Assembly (NCBI GenBank): GCA_964016885.1
Contig: OZ024742.1
Coordinates: 243,288,001 to 243,352,000, forward strand
DNA length: 64,000 nt
Source of the DNA: Eledone cirrhosa
Lineage: Eukaryota
Reading direction: 5' to 3'
Program-made: the position numbers and the translations under genes
Shown here: piece after piece, positions 28,241-44,080 of the stretch
Numbering within the stretch: the stretch's first letter is position 1
Layout: the number at the start of each line of letters is the position of its first letter
Notes under the pieces: model-generated
The model's input: the letters and a program-made list of their open reading frames with translations, nothing else
What the model was told of the DNA's origin: nothing
The model's database searches: none

Positions 28241-28459
28241 ACACTATTATTTCTGCTCTTCTTTTTCCCTCCTTTTCTACCTCCTCCTCCTCTGCCTGCT
28301 TTTTTTTTCTTAATCTTTACATTCATTTTCAACAAATCCCCCTCCATCAATGTTATTTCTTCCTCTTTTAAATATAAGTTTATTGGTAGTCTGAGCTTCG
28401 GGATAAAGCACTCATACTCCGTAAGTTTGGGATAGTGTGTGGCCGCGAAACGTATACAT

Positions 28460-28595
28460 ATACACCAGGTCCGAACGCAAAAGAACCAAACTTCCATTGA
28501 ACCATTCCAGCTCACGTGGCTCACACCCGCGGGTAGCCAACTCTGTGCCCATAGTGGTGAGCAGGGAAGTGGCCCTGGGGCTAAGATTCCCAATT
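28460..28595 (-). mobile_element. CRE-like LINE 3' fragment with internal deletion
   Basis: SLLTTMGTELATRGCEPRELEW plus a 3'UTR (TTCGGACCTG) shared with the 12425 and 63409 copies. Confidence 0.65.
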
Positions 28596-29002
28596 TAGAC
28601 TATGATTTATGTCCCTGTGTATATATATACAAGACATTTTTCAACACTTCTGACAGCAACGATTCTGAGTTCAAATCTCACCCAGACTGAATTTGCTTTC
28701 CATTATTTTAAAGTACCAGTAATGCACTGAGCAATTGGTGGCCTTGTGTCAAAAGTAGAAACAATTATATTTAGGTCGACTAGGGTATGGGATTGGCAGC
28801 ATCCGATCTTTGCTATATTCGCCCTTATTTTTTAAATATAATTCAGTTTAAATATATTTATGCAACATACAAAATTTCACAATGTCATGAAAAGTCATTG
28901 ACATTATATAAAAATAATTGAGTAGTATCTAATGAATGCAAAACACACTATTAACCCCTTACAATTTACATTACTCTATATTTACTATTATATTTTCACA
29001 GC

Positions 29003-29225
29003 AGGGCGGCGGATTGGCAGTATCGGTAGAGAGTCGGACGCCATGCTTTGCAGCATAGAGTTACGGTCCTTTACGGTCTGAGCTCAAATCCAGCCGAGGT
29101 TAACTTTGCCTTTCATCCTTACGGGGTCGATAAAATAAAGTACCAGTAACGTACTGGTGTCGATTTAATCGACTTTCCCCTCCCCAGAATTGCTGGCCTT
29201 GTGCCTATACTAGAAATCATTGTTA
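29003..29225 (+). mobile_element. tRNA-derived SINE, dominant family
   Basis: Full-length copy. Further copies or clusters at about 5870-5990, 8765-8870, 18460-18730, 29700-30240, 32565-33090, 42020-42160, 50550-50735 and 56935-57225. Confidence 0.85.
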
Positions 29226-30759
29226 TTATTATTATTATTATTATTCCTTGCATCAGATCGTGCAGTTGTGGGATTATGTTGACCTCCTAATTCTAATGAA
29301 AAGCAAAAATGGCCTCAACGCTCTCCACACCCATCTCCGAATGAATTTCAGCTCAGAAAACAGAAAGGACAAAACTATACATGGTAAAGCGCTACGGACA
29401 ACGCTTTACCGTTTCTACCACACAAATCGACATATTTTATCGAACCCAGAAATGTAAGGTGGCGTCAATACTAATATTCCTTTTCATTGATTAGTGTGGC
29501 TGATGAAAAAGATGAGAACTGATAACATCGCTTAAACAATAAGATATCGACTTACGTATCATGAAAATGGGGTTAGACTGAACTACATCCCATATTCATT
29601 CCTTTAGCTATAATTTGAAAACGAGGAAATGTTTAGGGTATGTGTTTGGAGAAATTGTATATTGCGACATCCATGTATCTCCTATGGTTATTAAGAATTG
29701 GTAGAGCATCGGACAAAACGCGTTATGGTATTTGACCGTATTTCTTTACGTTTTGAAATAAATATCCTGTCAGAGTCGACTTTGTCTTCCATCCATATCG
29801 GCTTCATAAAACTTTACTGGGATCCATTAAATCGACTTAATCCTCCCTAACAAAATATGTGACTTGGAGCTTATTTTATATATTATTGGCAGTATCGGTA
29901 GAGGGTTGGACGCCATGCTTTCCAGCATAGTTACGTCCCTTTACGATCTGAGTTCAAATCCCGCCGAGGTTGACTTTGCCTTTCATCCTTACGAGGTCGA
30001 TAAAATAAAGTACCAGTAATGCACTGGGTAATTGCTGGCCTTGTGCCTAAAGTAGAAACAATTATTATATATATTGGATTGGCGGTATTGTTAGAGCGTT
30101 GGACAACTGCTTTGCAATATTCTAAGTTCAAATTTCGTCGAGATCAACTTTGCCGTTCAGTCAAGTACTGAGGTCGATATAATCGTGTTTCTCCTCCCTC
30201 TAAATTGCTGGCCTTGTGCCAAAATGAGCAACCATTAGTGGTAGTAGTAGTTTATTATGCATGTTTGAGATATTCTCTTGGTTTCGTTTGCCATTTGGCT
30301 CCATTTCATTTCAATCACATTTCTAATGTTCTTCATGTAGATAGTAGATTCGTTGCGATTTTTGGTTTCATATTTCCTTAAAAATTTTAGTTTTCATGAC
30401 TGATTTTCTTTTTAAATAATAATTGTTTTGCAATCGGAATGCTGCAGTTTTGGATCAACCCTTTTGAGACCATATTTCTGACGAAAAACATTGTCGATAA
30501 CTTTCAAATAATTATGAAAATAATCAAGAATTTGGAAGGGTGTAGAAACAATCTTTCTCACTATCTATTTGTTTTTGTTTTTTGTTGTTTTTTGTAGGGG
30601 TATTTTTAGCATAACAAAGTTCTTCATTGTGCAGGGCTTTAAACACTTTAAACTTATCTCTATGGTTTTGTGAGCATAACTTAACGAAGGTCTTTATTTT
30701 GCAGGGTATTTAGATAAATATAAACATTTTACAATAAATGGCTTAGTTACCGAAAACTA

Positions 30760-31046
30760 GAGGCAGTTTCAGACAATTTGGTACCAAAAGGTAGACCCCG
30801 AGCTTGATGGTTGGATAACATCCATGAACTCGGGATCCAGTCAGATCAATTGGAGGCGGTTGCTTCTCTCAGGACACACAGAAAGGACTCTGTCACAACG
30901 TATCATTTAGATACGGATGCTTCTGAGTGGACCTGCTGAAAGGTATGTTTGAGGACTCTGGCCCCACGACGCCCTCAAGAAGAAGAAGAAGAAGAAGAAG
31001 AAGAAGAAGAAGAAGAAGAAGAAGAAGAAGAAGAAGAAGAAGAAGA
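30760..31046 (+). mobile_element. RTE-like LINE 3' end with (GAA)n tail
   Basis: PKGRPRA*WLDNI motif. A related reverse copy lies at about 16860-16975. Confidence 0.55.
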
Positions 31047-34000
31047 TTATTTATTTGAGTTCTTTACCGGCTCTGTCAATCCACTTTCATAATATATAAT
31101 ATTGTTGTAAATCAGTTAAATTTGCTTTAATGATATTTTTATTGACGGCCCCTGGAAAGATGAAATGCTAAGAAAGTCTTGATGGGATTTGAACTCGACC
31201 ACAAATTGTCGTAACTAAATATAGTAAGGCATCCACCCCCAAAGCTCCTAGCATATATATATATATATACCATCCATCACCAATGATATCATATTAAAAA
31301 TACTAGTATATTAGTCGAAGTAGCCGTACTACTGTTGCTTGTGCTGTCTCTGCTGCTGTTAGTATGTTTGTGTGAACGCAGTATTTCGCCAGAAAAATAA
31401 AACCAAAATGTTTGATAAGGTTCAGAAGGGCGCAAAGAAAGCTAAATACAGGAAACGATGCAAAACAAAGTCAAGTGACCCAAGAAGGGCGGCATGATAA
31501 GAAGTGGGTGTGGCAGCAATTTAAGAAGGTACTCCAAGTGATAGTGATATTTATTTTTACTACATTAGCCTTACTTCAATAAATAAGTAAATAAACAAGG
31601 TGTGGGATATGCAGAAATCTTGTGCCGTTGATATTTGAATAACATGTTCAGCATACATCTCAAAAGATGCGTGTTTATACATGTTTGAGTGCTTGCATGC
31701 TATGTACGTACGCGCGTGTGTGTGTGTGCGTATGTGGGTGGGTGTATGTGCGTATGTGTGTGTGTGTGTATGTGCGTGTGTGTGTATGTATGTGTGTGTA
31801 TATGCGTATGTGTGTGTATGTGTGTGTATATGCGTATGTGTGTGTATGTGCGTGTATGTGTGTGTGTGTGTGTGAATGTGCATGTGTATGTATGTGCGTG
31901 TGCCTATGTGTGTATGTATGTGCATGTGTATGCTTGTTTGTAAGCACATATGAGACGCAGACCTTCCTAACTTGTGTAATCTTACGTTAAGTCAAGCGTT
32001 AGATATGCTTTTTGTACTTGAAAAAAAATTCTTGTTTCTTCTTTTCTTTTTAATTATCCTTTAGTTTAAAACATTTTTTCCGGGACATACAAAAATAAGC
32101 TACTAGTAATGTTAGCTATTAAATATATTCACCAAAACGGTAATGTCTTTGAGAATATCTTGAAACTGTATCTGTAAGAATCTGCGTAGGTTTCTCAAAG
32201 TATGAAAGCATTTTATCTGCAGCTGCTTTATGAACAAATGAATTCGGTATTCTAAGAAGAAAAATGTTTATTCTTTTTATGTTTTTTGAGAAATGCATAC
32301 GAATTGATGTTTTTTTGTTTTTTTTTGTAAATTATTTTATAAATATTTATGTGATAACAACATTCTGAATTTAATCGGTATTGTGATTCTTATTAACTAA
32401 TTTTTCGTTCACTTTCATTACACTTCTCAAAACAACTTTTATAAATTTATTTCTCTTTTTTAGTTGTTTTTTTGTTGTTGTTTTTTTTTGTTTTTTTTTG
32501 TTGTTGTTTTTTTTTTTGGGGGGGGGGGGGGTTGTGGAATTGTTATTATTTCAGTAATCATAGAGGGTGGTAAGTTTGCAGTATCAGTAGAGCGTTAAGC
32601 AGGATTTGCGGTATTTAGTTACGAATTTCAGAGTTCTGAGTTCAAATCCTACCGAAGTTAGCTTTTCCTTTCAACTTTATGGAGTCGATAAAATGGTTTC
32701 TTATATAGGCACAAGGCCAACAATATATGGGGAGGGGGGAAGTCGATTAAACCGACCCCAGGGCGTGACTGGTATTTTATTTTATCGACCCCCGTAAGGA
32801 TGAAAGGCAAAGTTAACCTCGGCGGGATTTGAACTCAGACCATAAAGGGCCGTAACTCTATGCTGCAAAGCATGGTGTCCGATCCTCTACCGATACTGCC
32901 AATCCACAATATGGAGTCGATAAAATAAATTACCAGTAACGTACTTGGGTCGATTTAATCGACTTTCTCCTCCCTTCAAATTACTGGCTTTGTACCAAAA
33001 GTAGAAACAGTTATTTCAGCAGTCAAGAGGGCGAAGGATTGACAATATCGGTAGAGCGTTGGACAAAATGATTTGCAGTATCTAGTTATAATTTGTGGGG
33101 TTGTATCAGACAACTGTTATTACATGTAGAACAAATCCGGCTATCTACCGAGTCTGTGGTGAAAATTGAACTGCCACTTTACTTCAGAAAGGAAGTCTGT
33201 CTCTGCCAGCTAGCTATGATGAAGGAAGCTGTATGGTGGGCACGTCTAAAAGATTTGATGACATGAACCTTCCTCTCCGGCCAACCCCTCATCAACTTCT
33301 TCAGCAGTACAGTACTATTGTCATCGTTATCGTCGTCATCACTATTATACTATTTATGATATATGTACTCTACTCTATTGGAGCCTTTTTACAGCTCTAA
33401 ATAGAGTAAGTTTGTTCTCTGATCAATGGGTGGCAGTAGTTCCAGCTGCACGCATCGAAAGACTGGTGTAGTGGTTCTGAGAACAATGCGGCTTTGCAGA
33501 TTATCAATGCAAATTGACAATGGAAAGGTGCTCCCGCTCGAGTTAGAAGAGAACTATTGACCTTCAGGAGAAGCAGCGACCCCTGATTGTATTCAGCAAC
33601 CGAAACAAATATGAAGTACACCAAATCCAATGCTCCTAGGAGCGGTCCTGGTTCTCCTTATTTGCGAGTGTAAACTCGGTCAGATTAGATTAGATTAGAT
33701 TGTTCTCTGAGCTTTGGGCAGTCGTCTACTGCAACTGGCAGTAGAACGTCCTGTGAGGAGTGTAATGACGGCGCTTATAAGAAAAGACATGATTAAGGGG
33801 GACATAATCGATAATTTGCGTTATCTATACCAGCAGTTTACGTTCTGCATTTAAACCAAACCAAGATAAACTTTGCCTTTCATGCTTATGGATTTGATAC
33901 CAAAGTACTGAGGTTGGCTTCATCGATTATGCCTTCTCCAGAACGATGTAACTTGTAGTAGTTAGAAATCAATATTGCTGGAGAAAAACAGTGTGAGTGT

Positions 34001-35064
34001 GTATGTGTGTGCGAGCGTGCGTCTGTATGTATGTAGACATCACGTGATTAGAAGATGGCGCTGGAATTTGAAAATTGAATTGAATTAGTAACTTTCGCCG
34101 TATTTTTTACAATAGAAAATAGTCTAAAAATATCAGGGCATATGAACCCCCAGAAATATATACACATATATATACTGGGTGTCCCAAAAAGGTGTATACA
34201 CACTTTGATTACCTGTACAGGCAATATTTATTAGAAGGCACAGCCTTTCCTCAAAATAAAATGATCTACAGACATAATTCAATTGTATGCAAACACCTAA
34301 AAATGTTTTCATAATTTAAATAATGCATATAAAACAGAATTTCAATGCATTTTTTTTTTTTTTGCTGTTGGGATATACTGTTTATATATAATGTCTAATA
34401 AAGCAATCAAAACGCGCAGTGTAAATAAATCCCTCTATCTATAAATCTGACCAATATCTGAAGCTTTCTCTTAGAAGCTGATCAGATAATGTATCTTCTT
34501 TTTAAAAAAAACACTCAATTAATTCTATAGAAAGAATGGTAAACTTAATTCGTCGCCTGGTTTAACACGAATGTTCGGTCCTTGAATATCTTTTCTGAAA
34601 TCCACTCCATTGCAATCATTTGAGCTAGGTCTACTCTCGCCTCCTTCCACCAATCTCAAATGCTTTTAAAAAGGGTCATGGCTGCTATCCTTTCTCCTCT
34701 GGCTTAGTAATAAAAAGAAAATATTTCTAATTTTGTTCTAAACCAATTTTTAATTATAAAACTCAGTATATACCATTCTAGGCGTTGAATTGGCAGAGTC
34801 GTTAGAACATGCGGTCAACTTTGCCTTTCGTCCATTTATGGTCGATAAAAAAGTACCAGTCTAGTAGTAGGGCTGATTCTTCTCTGTGTCTCTTTCACAC
34901 TCTCTATCCTTCTCTGGAAGAAATTTATTATATTCAGAGGTGGAGAGGGATGGGCTCCGCCAGGTTTAAAGTTGCCCTAGAAACGCCGTATGTCAATCCG
35001 GTGCCCCTGCGACACCCTCGGGAGTTTTGGGACCATCCATCCATATACCAATCTAACAACCAAA

Positions 35065-35107
<43 letters not shown>

Positions 35108-35260
35108 GCAGACTTGGAGTCTGGCCTGGAATTCCAACTCACATTACGTGCCGGCTGCTTTAGAAACATTTGTAACCAGGATTGAGTAATAAATCTCATA
35201 TGTAACACCTCCACTTTGTTCTTATTATATATATATATACATATATATACATATATATAT

Positions 35261-35317
<57 letters not shown>

Positions 35318-35655
35318 TATATATATATATATATCATGATCACTGTTTTCGAATTAGTTAATCTGTAGCAGGTTTGATGCAGTTCTAACAATGCTGTTCT
35401 CTCAATCATAGAGCTTGTATATTATTCAATATCCAGAATAAATTATTTACTAGTGTTGATTTCTTAATTATTATTCTAAGACGAATAATGAAAGTCGTTA
35501 GAACGTCGGATAGAACGATTTGTGATATTCGTTCTGGCTCTCTGCTTCTAGAATTCAAATCCCGCCGAGGTGAACTTTTCCTTTTATCCTTTCAAGGTCG
35601 ATAAAAAATAAGTACCAGTCTAGTACTCGGGGTCGATTCTTACTTTCTCTCTCTC

Positions 35656-35691
<36 letters not shown>

Positions 35692-36111
35692 CCTCTTTCT
35701 TTCTCTCTCTCTCTCACTTTCTCTCTCTCTCTCACTTTCTATCTTTCTCTGGAAGAAATCTGCTGTTCAGACGTGGAAAGGGATGGGTTCCTACCCAGTT
35801 GAAATGTCCAAGAGACGTTGCATACCACTACGGCACCCCTTCGACTCCATCAGGAGTTACGGGACCACGCATGTATTTTGAAGAAAATTATGTAATATAC
35901 CATTAAACATAGGAATAAATAAATTAGAAACTATAAAGATATGTATCAGACTATATTGTGACATGCGTGTTTTGTTTTTTGTTGTTTAGGAGACTAATCA
36001 ATATGCAAGCTGATTATATACATACCTTAATATATTTACGAGCACTCATAAACTACTGTTCACATATGTATACACACAATCGCATATAGTGAAATTTCTA
36101 TGGAGACAACT

Positions 36112-36400
36112 ACATCAACACACATGTATCTCTATACACACATGTATCTCTATACACACATGTATCTCTAAACACACATGTATCTCTATACACACATGTA
36201 TCTCTATACACACATGTATCTCTATACACACATGTATCTCTAAACACACATGTATCTCTATACACACATGTATCTCTATACACACATGTATCTCTATACA
36301 CACATGTATCTCTATACACACATGTATCTCTATACACACATGTATCTCTATACACACATGTATCTCTATACACACATGTATCTCTATACACACATGTACA
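36112..36400. repeat. 18-bp minisatellite (acacacatgtatctctat), ~15-16 copies
   Basis: Near-perfect tandem array. Confidence 0.95.
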
Positions 36401-36434
36401 TTTTCAAATTATACACGATTATACACACGCACAA

Positions 36435-36517
<83 letters not shown>

Positions 36518-36522
<5 letters not shown>

Positions 36523-36753
36523 AGAAAGTATGACCCCGACGGCAGAGCTCAAGCCGTTTCGACGGCTATTTCTGGATTAAAATCAGAGAGATCAGGTTAT
36601 TGGAAATCAATATGGATGTCATGAAATAGCCGTCGAAACGGCTTGAGCTCTGCCGTCGGGGTCATACTTTCTCCTATTACCCACTCTACTACCCTAAGTA
36701 TTGAGTACTCTGGTGCGTTATAGTCCATCCGGTTCTTTACCACAACTCCGTTA
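36518..36753 (+). mobile_element. Fold-back PLE-like element, family B, with captured loop
   Basis: Arms 36518-36572/36623-36677 and tail to 36753; flanked by (TA)n. Confidence 0.7.
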
Positions 36754-36776
36754 TATATATATATATATAAATATAT

Positions 36777-36848
36777 GATGTGTTGGTGTAAATGGTAGCA
36801 CAGTGGTCTGGATAACCAAAGATGTAGGTTCGACTCCCATGTACGTCA
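36777..36848 (+). pseudogene. tRNA-like sequence (pseudo-tRNA or SINE head)
   Basis: 72 nt. D-arm TGGTGTAAATGGTAGCAC, anticodon arm TGGT-CTGGATA-ACCA, T-arm GGTTCGACTCC. The acceptor stem needs three G-U pairs. Confidence 0.55.
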
Positions 36849-36985
36849 ATACTCATCTTTTTCCATTTATCTGAGAGTTCTAAACCCCATTATCAGACTA
36901 AAATTTATTTAGTTGAAAAGTACGGTGAAAGCTATTCTATTTTCTAATTTCAAACCTGCTCACTGTTTCCAAACATACTTACTTG

Positions 36986-37021
<36 letters not shown>

Positions 37022-37159
37022 CCATGTACATAGAATTAATTATTCTTGGCAAGGTTAAACACACGTACACATGTACATATTCAAATTATGCACCGCTATT
37101 TACGTATCATTTACACACACACACACATACACACACACACATACACACACACACAGACC

Positions 37160-37200
<41 letters not shown>

Positions 37201-37707
37201 TTATATAAATCCATGTAACAGACAATCATACTTGGCAGACTTAAGCACACGTACGTACACCCACAAACATAAACACAAATATGTATATGTATATATGTAT
37301 GTGTGTATAAATACAAGCATGCACGCATGCTTTCACCCGATACTCAACTATTATGAAACTTGTTTCTCTGAGGTTGTAAACACCAGTTTTAATTGGTTCC
37401 GTTGTATCACATGACATCCATATTGATTTCCAATAACCTGATCTCTCTGTTTTTAGCTCTTCCTTTTCTCGGTTTCCTCTCAACAAAGACAAAGATATGT
37501 TGGTACAGACAACTTATTTACTTTATTTTTCTTACTACATATATAATAATGAAAATGTGAAGACTAAAATCCGAAGGGGACTCGATAACGATAGTATATA
37601 TATATAAATATATATTCCAGAAGATCCCGTTATGGCTGAAAGCAGCGATTCTTTGCTTAAACTTTAATCTGTTATTTTAATAAATAAATATATATATATA
37701 TATATGT

Positions 37708-38353
<646 letters not shown>

Positions 38354-38544
38354 ATAATAATAAATTTGAAGACTAAAATCCAAAGAGGGCTCGATAAGGA
38401 GAAATATATATCAAATATATAAGAACCGTAGAGCAAATATTTATTAAATAACAGATTAAAGTTATTTAATAAATATATATATATATATATATATATACAT
38501 AATATAAAACGAAAAATCAGTGATGCATCTGAACTCAATTTATT

Positions 38545-38635
38545 GTGTGTTACAATTGTTTCGCCGGCGGACAGCTCGAGACGCGATCATTGTGTGGATC
38601 TGTCTGATTCTAGACCCGCAGGTTCGACGGACACG
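38545..38635 (-). ncRNA. Degenerate hammerhead motif, family E
   Basis: GTGT-CCGTCGA-ACCTGCGG...CCGCCGGC-GAAAC-AATT-GTA-ACAC..AATAAA; the CUGANGA box is mutated. Confidence 0.55.
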
Positions 38636-38719
38636 TCTAATGATTTCGGAGTTTATTCTCTAAGAGCATACAGTGCTCAACCGACATACCGCCTATGGAA
38701 GCATCTTAGCTACCATCAG

Positions 38720-38819
<100 letters not shown>

Positions 38820-39157
38820 CTTGGAGTAGTAGAGTGGATAATATAAAAAGATTTAAGACCTCCGAATTTTTTCATATATATATATGTGTGTGTGTCATCC
38901 CTCTATTCATTTATCCATTTAACAATCCAGTTATTTGCTACATATCTTACTTCTGTATATCAGCTTCACTATTTAACCATTATTCATTCTACCTTCCTTA
39001 CAGGAGTATTGTGATAAGACATGTCTCTGACTTATCACAATACTTCTGTCTCCTATCGTTTATCCAAATAGTTTTATCTGTTTATCTCTTTACCAAATAC
39101 TTTATCATGTGTATAAATATATATACTCACATACACACGCACATATATATATATTTA

Positions 39158-39206
<49 letters not shown>

Positions 39207-39213
39207 CAGAAAT

Positions 39214-39292
39214 CTGATGAGCTTTTGATTTGAGAGTCGGGTCAGATCGATACAGATTGAACCTTCAGCTGATCAATCGCCAAACGCGCGTC
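39214..39292 (+). ncRNA. Degenerate hammerhead motif in a (TA)n insert
   Basis: CTGATGA-GC..TTGAT...ATCAA..GC-(C)AAAC-GCGC-GTC, then AATAAA; G12 is replaced by C. Confidence 0.5.
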
Positions 39293-39352
39293 ACACCTCA
39301 ATAAACGTAATGAAGACCTAACGCTTCATCCTTTTTAGTAGTAGTAGTAATA

Positions 39353-39398
<46 letters not shown>

Positions 39399-40285
39399 AA
39401 ACAAGGGCTTGCTCAAACGTTCCCGGCTTTCAGGGTATCGAGAAGGGATAGCTGGTGGCCTAACCTGCCGAGTTCTTTTTACAGGTCTTAGAAAACCTGC
39501 GATGAATGATCCAGGGCACAGAGCCACATAAAATACCGACCCACTAACAATTTTGTCAATGAATCACCTCTGGACTGGTATTTTTGTATCAAGCCGGGAA
39601 GAATGAAAGGTGTTTTTTTTTCATGGGAGCGGTACTGTTTTCTGACTTTGTAGGCATGCCCACCTGCCAGCTCGTTGCTTTAAGTGGTGGAATAGCGGAG
39701 AAGATTTCATATGATGTTTTGTTACGCCATATTTACGTCCAGTTTTAGTCAACCTTATCCTTCATCCTTCCGTCAGTTGACGAAAACATAAGTACCAGTG
39801 AAGTACTGAAAATTGTGATGCTGTGTCTGTGAGGGAGATAATATGGTGACGTTTAATTATCAATAATTGATGGTTAAATATCACAGAGTAGCATTTTGCA
39901 TATTAAAAAAAAATACAATAGCACTTTACATATGTATTATAGTGAGTTAATAAAAAGAAACCTCGAGTAACTGAGATTAGCTATACAAGTGAATCAGGTT
40001 TCGGCAGCAGTCAGCTAGACAATCTTTCGTTCTGTCTTCAATATTATTTCCCTTTGTTATAAGACGTTTTTCGTAAACTAGTGTTTTTAGCACGCATTAC
40101 TTTTAACGGTATCTTATAAAATCGGATAAACGTCAGACGATTAGGTCATAATTTTTATCCCTCTTCCATTCTGGAGATATAGTCAAAATTGGACCTTGAA
40201 AACTTAGGTAGTGATTTTATTCCGTGTAATTAACATAGAAAAATAATTTGGAGCTCAGCCGTCGAGGTCCTGACTCTTTTCCTTT

Positions 40286-40320
40286 TCTCCTGATGAAGGG
40301 CTTATGCCCGAAACGTCGTT
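40286..40320 (+). ncRNA. Minimal hammerhead-like motif, family D variant
   Basis: CTGATGA-A-GGGC-TTAT-GCCC-GAAA-CGTC. Helix II covaries with the GGAC/GTCC copies. Confidence 0.6.
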
Positions 40321-40415
40321 CCCCATCCCCCACTCTCAAGCGTGAAACTAATTATAATATCATTTGTACTGCCTCTTCGTTTTTCTGTTTTTTGTTCTCT
40401 GTTTACTTTTTAAAA

Positions 40416-40470
<55 letters not shown>

Positions 40471-40473
40471 TAT

Positions 40474-40549
<76 letters not shown>

Positions 40550-40664
40550 TTAATATAGAAATGGCTTCTTGAACTGTTTCGTATAAAATCGTTATTAAAT
40601 AATGATGTTTACCTCTACTAACGGTTTGGGTACCTTTTTAACTATGTTTACACATGGGATGTAC

Positions 40665-40764
<100 letters not shown>

Positions 40765-41659
40765 TGCTCACACCATATTCTCATGATCGTATTTTATTCG
40801 ATTTTCATCACGTTCACGTTTAGAGTGAGTTGAGGTTTATTTTTAGTTTTAGTTTTCTTGCTTGTTTTGTTTTATCTTTTGTCATTTTTGTTATATATAT
40901 TTTTCTTTTTGCGGCGAGACAATCTGACGGCTGCAAAATTGCTATTCTAGTCCGAAGCTTGCCCTCATCGACCTCAACACGTACCTGTGCAATGCTATGT
41001 GTCATTTTTGTTGTTGTTTTTCTATGTGTGTATGCGTGTGTTTTTCCTTCTTTTGTTTGTTTTACTGTTATGACAATGGTGTCCTATAAATATCGGCTGA
41101 GCACACCTGATGACTGGCTCATTAACGCATCGGCAAGCAATGAACAGGATCAGCAGCCAGCTACAACGACAAACCTCTCGACAGGCGGACGGCCAAAGGA
41201 CAAGAGAAATAGGCAGCGAGAAACCTTCATCTCCCCTCACACGACCCTGCAGCACCCTCCGTCACCACCAAATGCAGTTATCCCCACACTCCGTTTTTTC
41301 TAGTTAATCTTTATCACACTATATTACATAGTCAATAGTTGGGCTGGTCTTTGTGCATGTCTGAGTACCTTGAACAGACACATTTATTTCCTATTAGTTT
41401 TATTTCTTTGCCGTTAGTGTTATTTTATTTTGTTTTGTTGCGGGGGTGGGGGGGTTACCTTGAAAAAAAGTGTGGGAAGTGTTTAAGGCCTTTCTCGTGC
41501 ATTTCATTGCCACAAAAGAGTGTCATAACAACATTTTGGACATATTACAATGTAATATTAATCTCATCTGAGTATGGCATACGCATGTTCAGTGAATATA
41601 ACTTTGTTAATACGCGTGTGAAGTGTGGAGTTTCTCTCTTTCTCTCTCTTCCCCCTCAC

Positions 41660-41736
<77 letters not shown>

Positions 41737-42947
41737 CACACAGACATATTTATGTATGTTTGAGAGAGAAAAAGAGGGGAAGGAGAGAGAGAGAGACTGT
41801 TTAGACGTCTGTCGGATGAATTGTACCTTGTACTTATAATTCAAAGGCCCAGCTTTGTCAAACGCTTTGTTATGATGATTCTGTCTGGGAATTACGTGAA
41901 TGGTGCACGTGTCTGTGGAATGTTCAGCAACTTATGCGCTAATTCAGTAAACAAGTAGCTCAGTTACTCATATAACTAAATACTCATCACCGAAACCGAG
42001 GGAAATCCAGCCACCATCTTGGTACTTTATTTATCGACCCTGACAATATTAAAAGCAAAGCTAACATCGGCGGCATTTAAACTCTGAACGTAAAAGGACG
42101 AAACTCTATGCTGCAAAGCATGTTGTCCGACACTCTACCTATGCTGCCAATCCACCACCCTTACTTGACAAATGAAAAATCCGAAGTGAAACTCAACTGG
42201 TACGTGAGGTTTTATTGGCAGAGTGATCCTACCAAAGGATAGCATTATATAATACATCTTATTCTGAATTAGTTATAGTTTTTTTCCTCCCATTCTCATA
42301 CATTATATACACGATATAGAGCTTCTGTTTATCACACCACACCATATATTTAATGCAATATTAGCCTTATATAAACAGCAATGTTTAACAATATTCAGAA
42401 GCGTCTAGATAAATAAATAAAATAAAATAATAATAAAACAAAATCCTAATAAAATTTTCATTGGAAGCTTACTTGAAAACCATTTCGATAGCTAATCGAT
42501 ATATTTCCTAACTACTTCATCGTTATCTGGACTCATAATTCCCTCGCCGGATGATTAAAACTAGATTTCCGATCGAAAAACCGTCGAGTATTATATCAAG
42601 TATGCAATTGAAGTAAACAATCATGATGGTTCAGATAATCCATCACTTAGTCGGCTCTCCAGACTGTTTATCAACTATCATATCATGAACATAAAACTAA
42701 AGACGGTTAGCAAAAGCTCACCGTCAGGACATTAGTTGCCACATAGCAACGAATATTAACTTATAATAACTTTTATGAGTATGTACACATATAGTAGATG
42801 TATTTATGTATGTGTGTATGTATGTATTATGTATGTATGTATTATGTATGTATGTGTTATGCATTATGTGTGTGTATGTACGTATTATATATGCATGTAT
42901 GTGTGTGTATGTATGTATGTATTATGTATGCATGTATTCATATGTGT

Positions 42948-44080
<1,133 letters not shown>

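Noticed and set aside
29341-29390. MNFSSENRKDKTIH(G)|gt as possible FABP exon 1
   Set aside because: Aligns with the reverse strand of the dominant SINE and lacks the GxW/Y motif.
31408-31497. MFDKVQKGAKKAK short ORF, H2B N-terminus-like
   Set aside because: 29 codons only, no histone fold.
40830-41303. 157-aa ORF
   Set aside because: Low-complexity T-rich start crossing into the candidate LTR-like element; no domain recognised.
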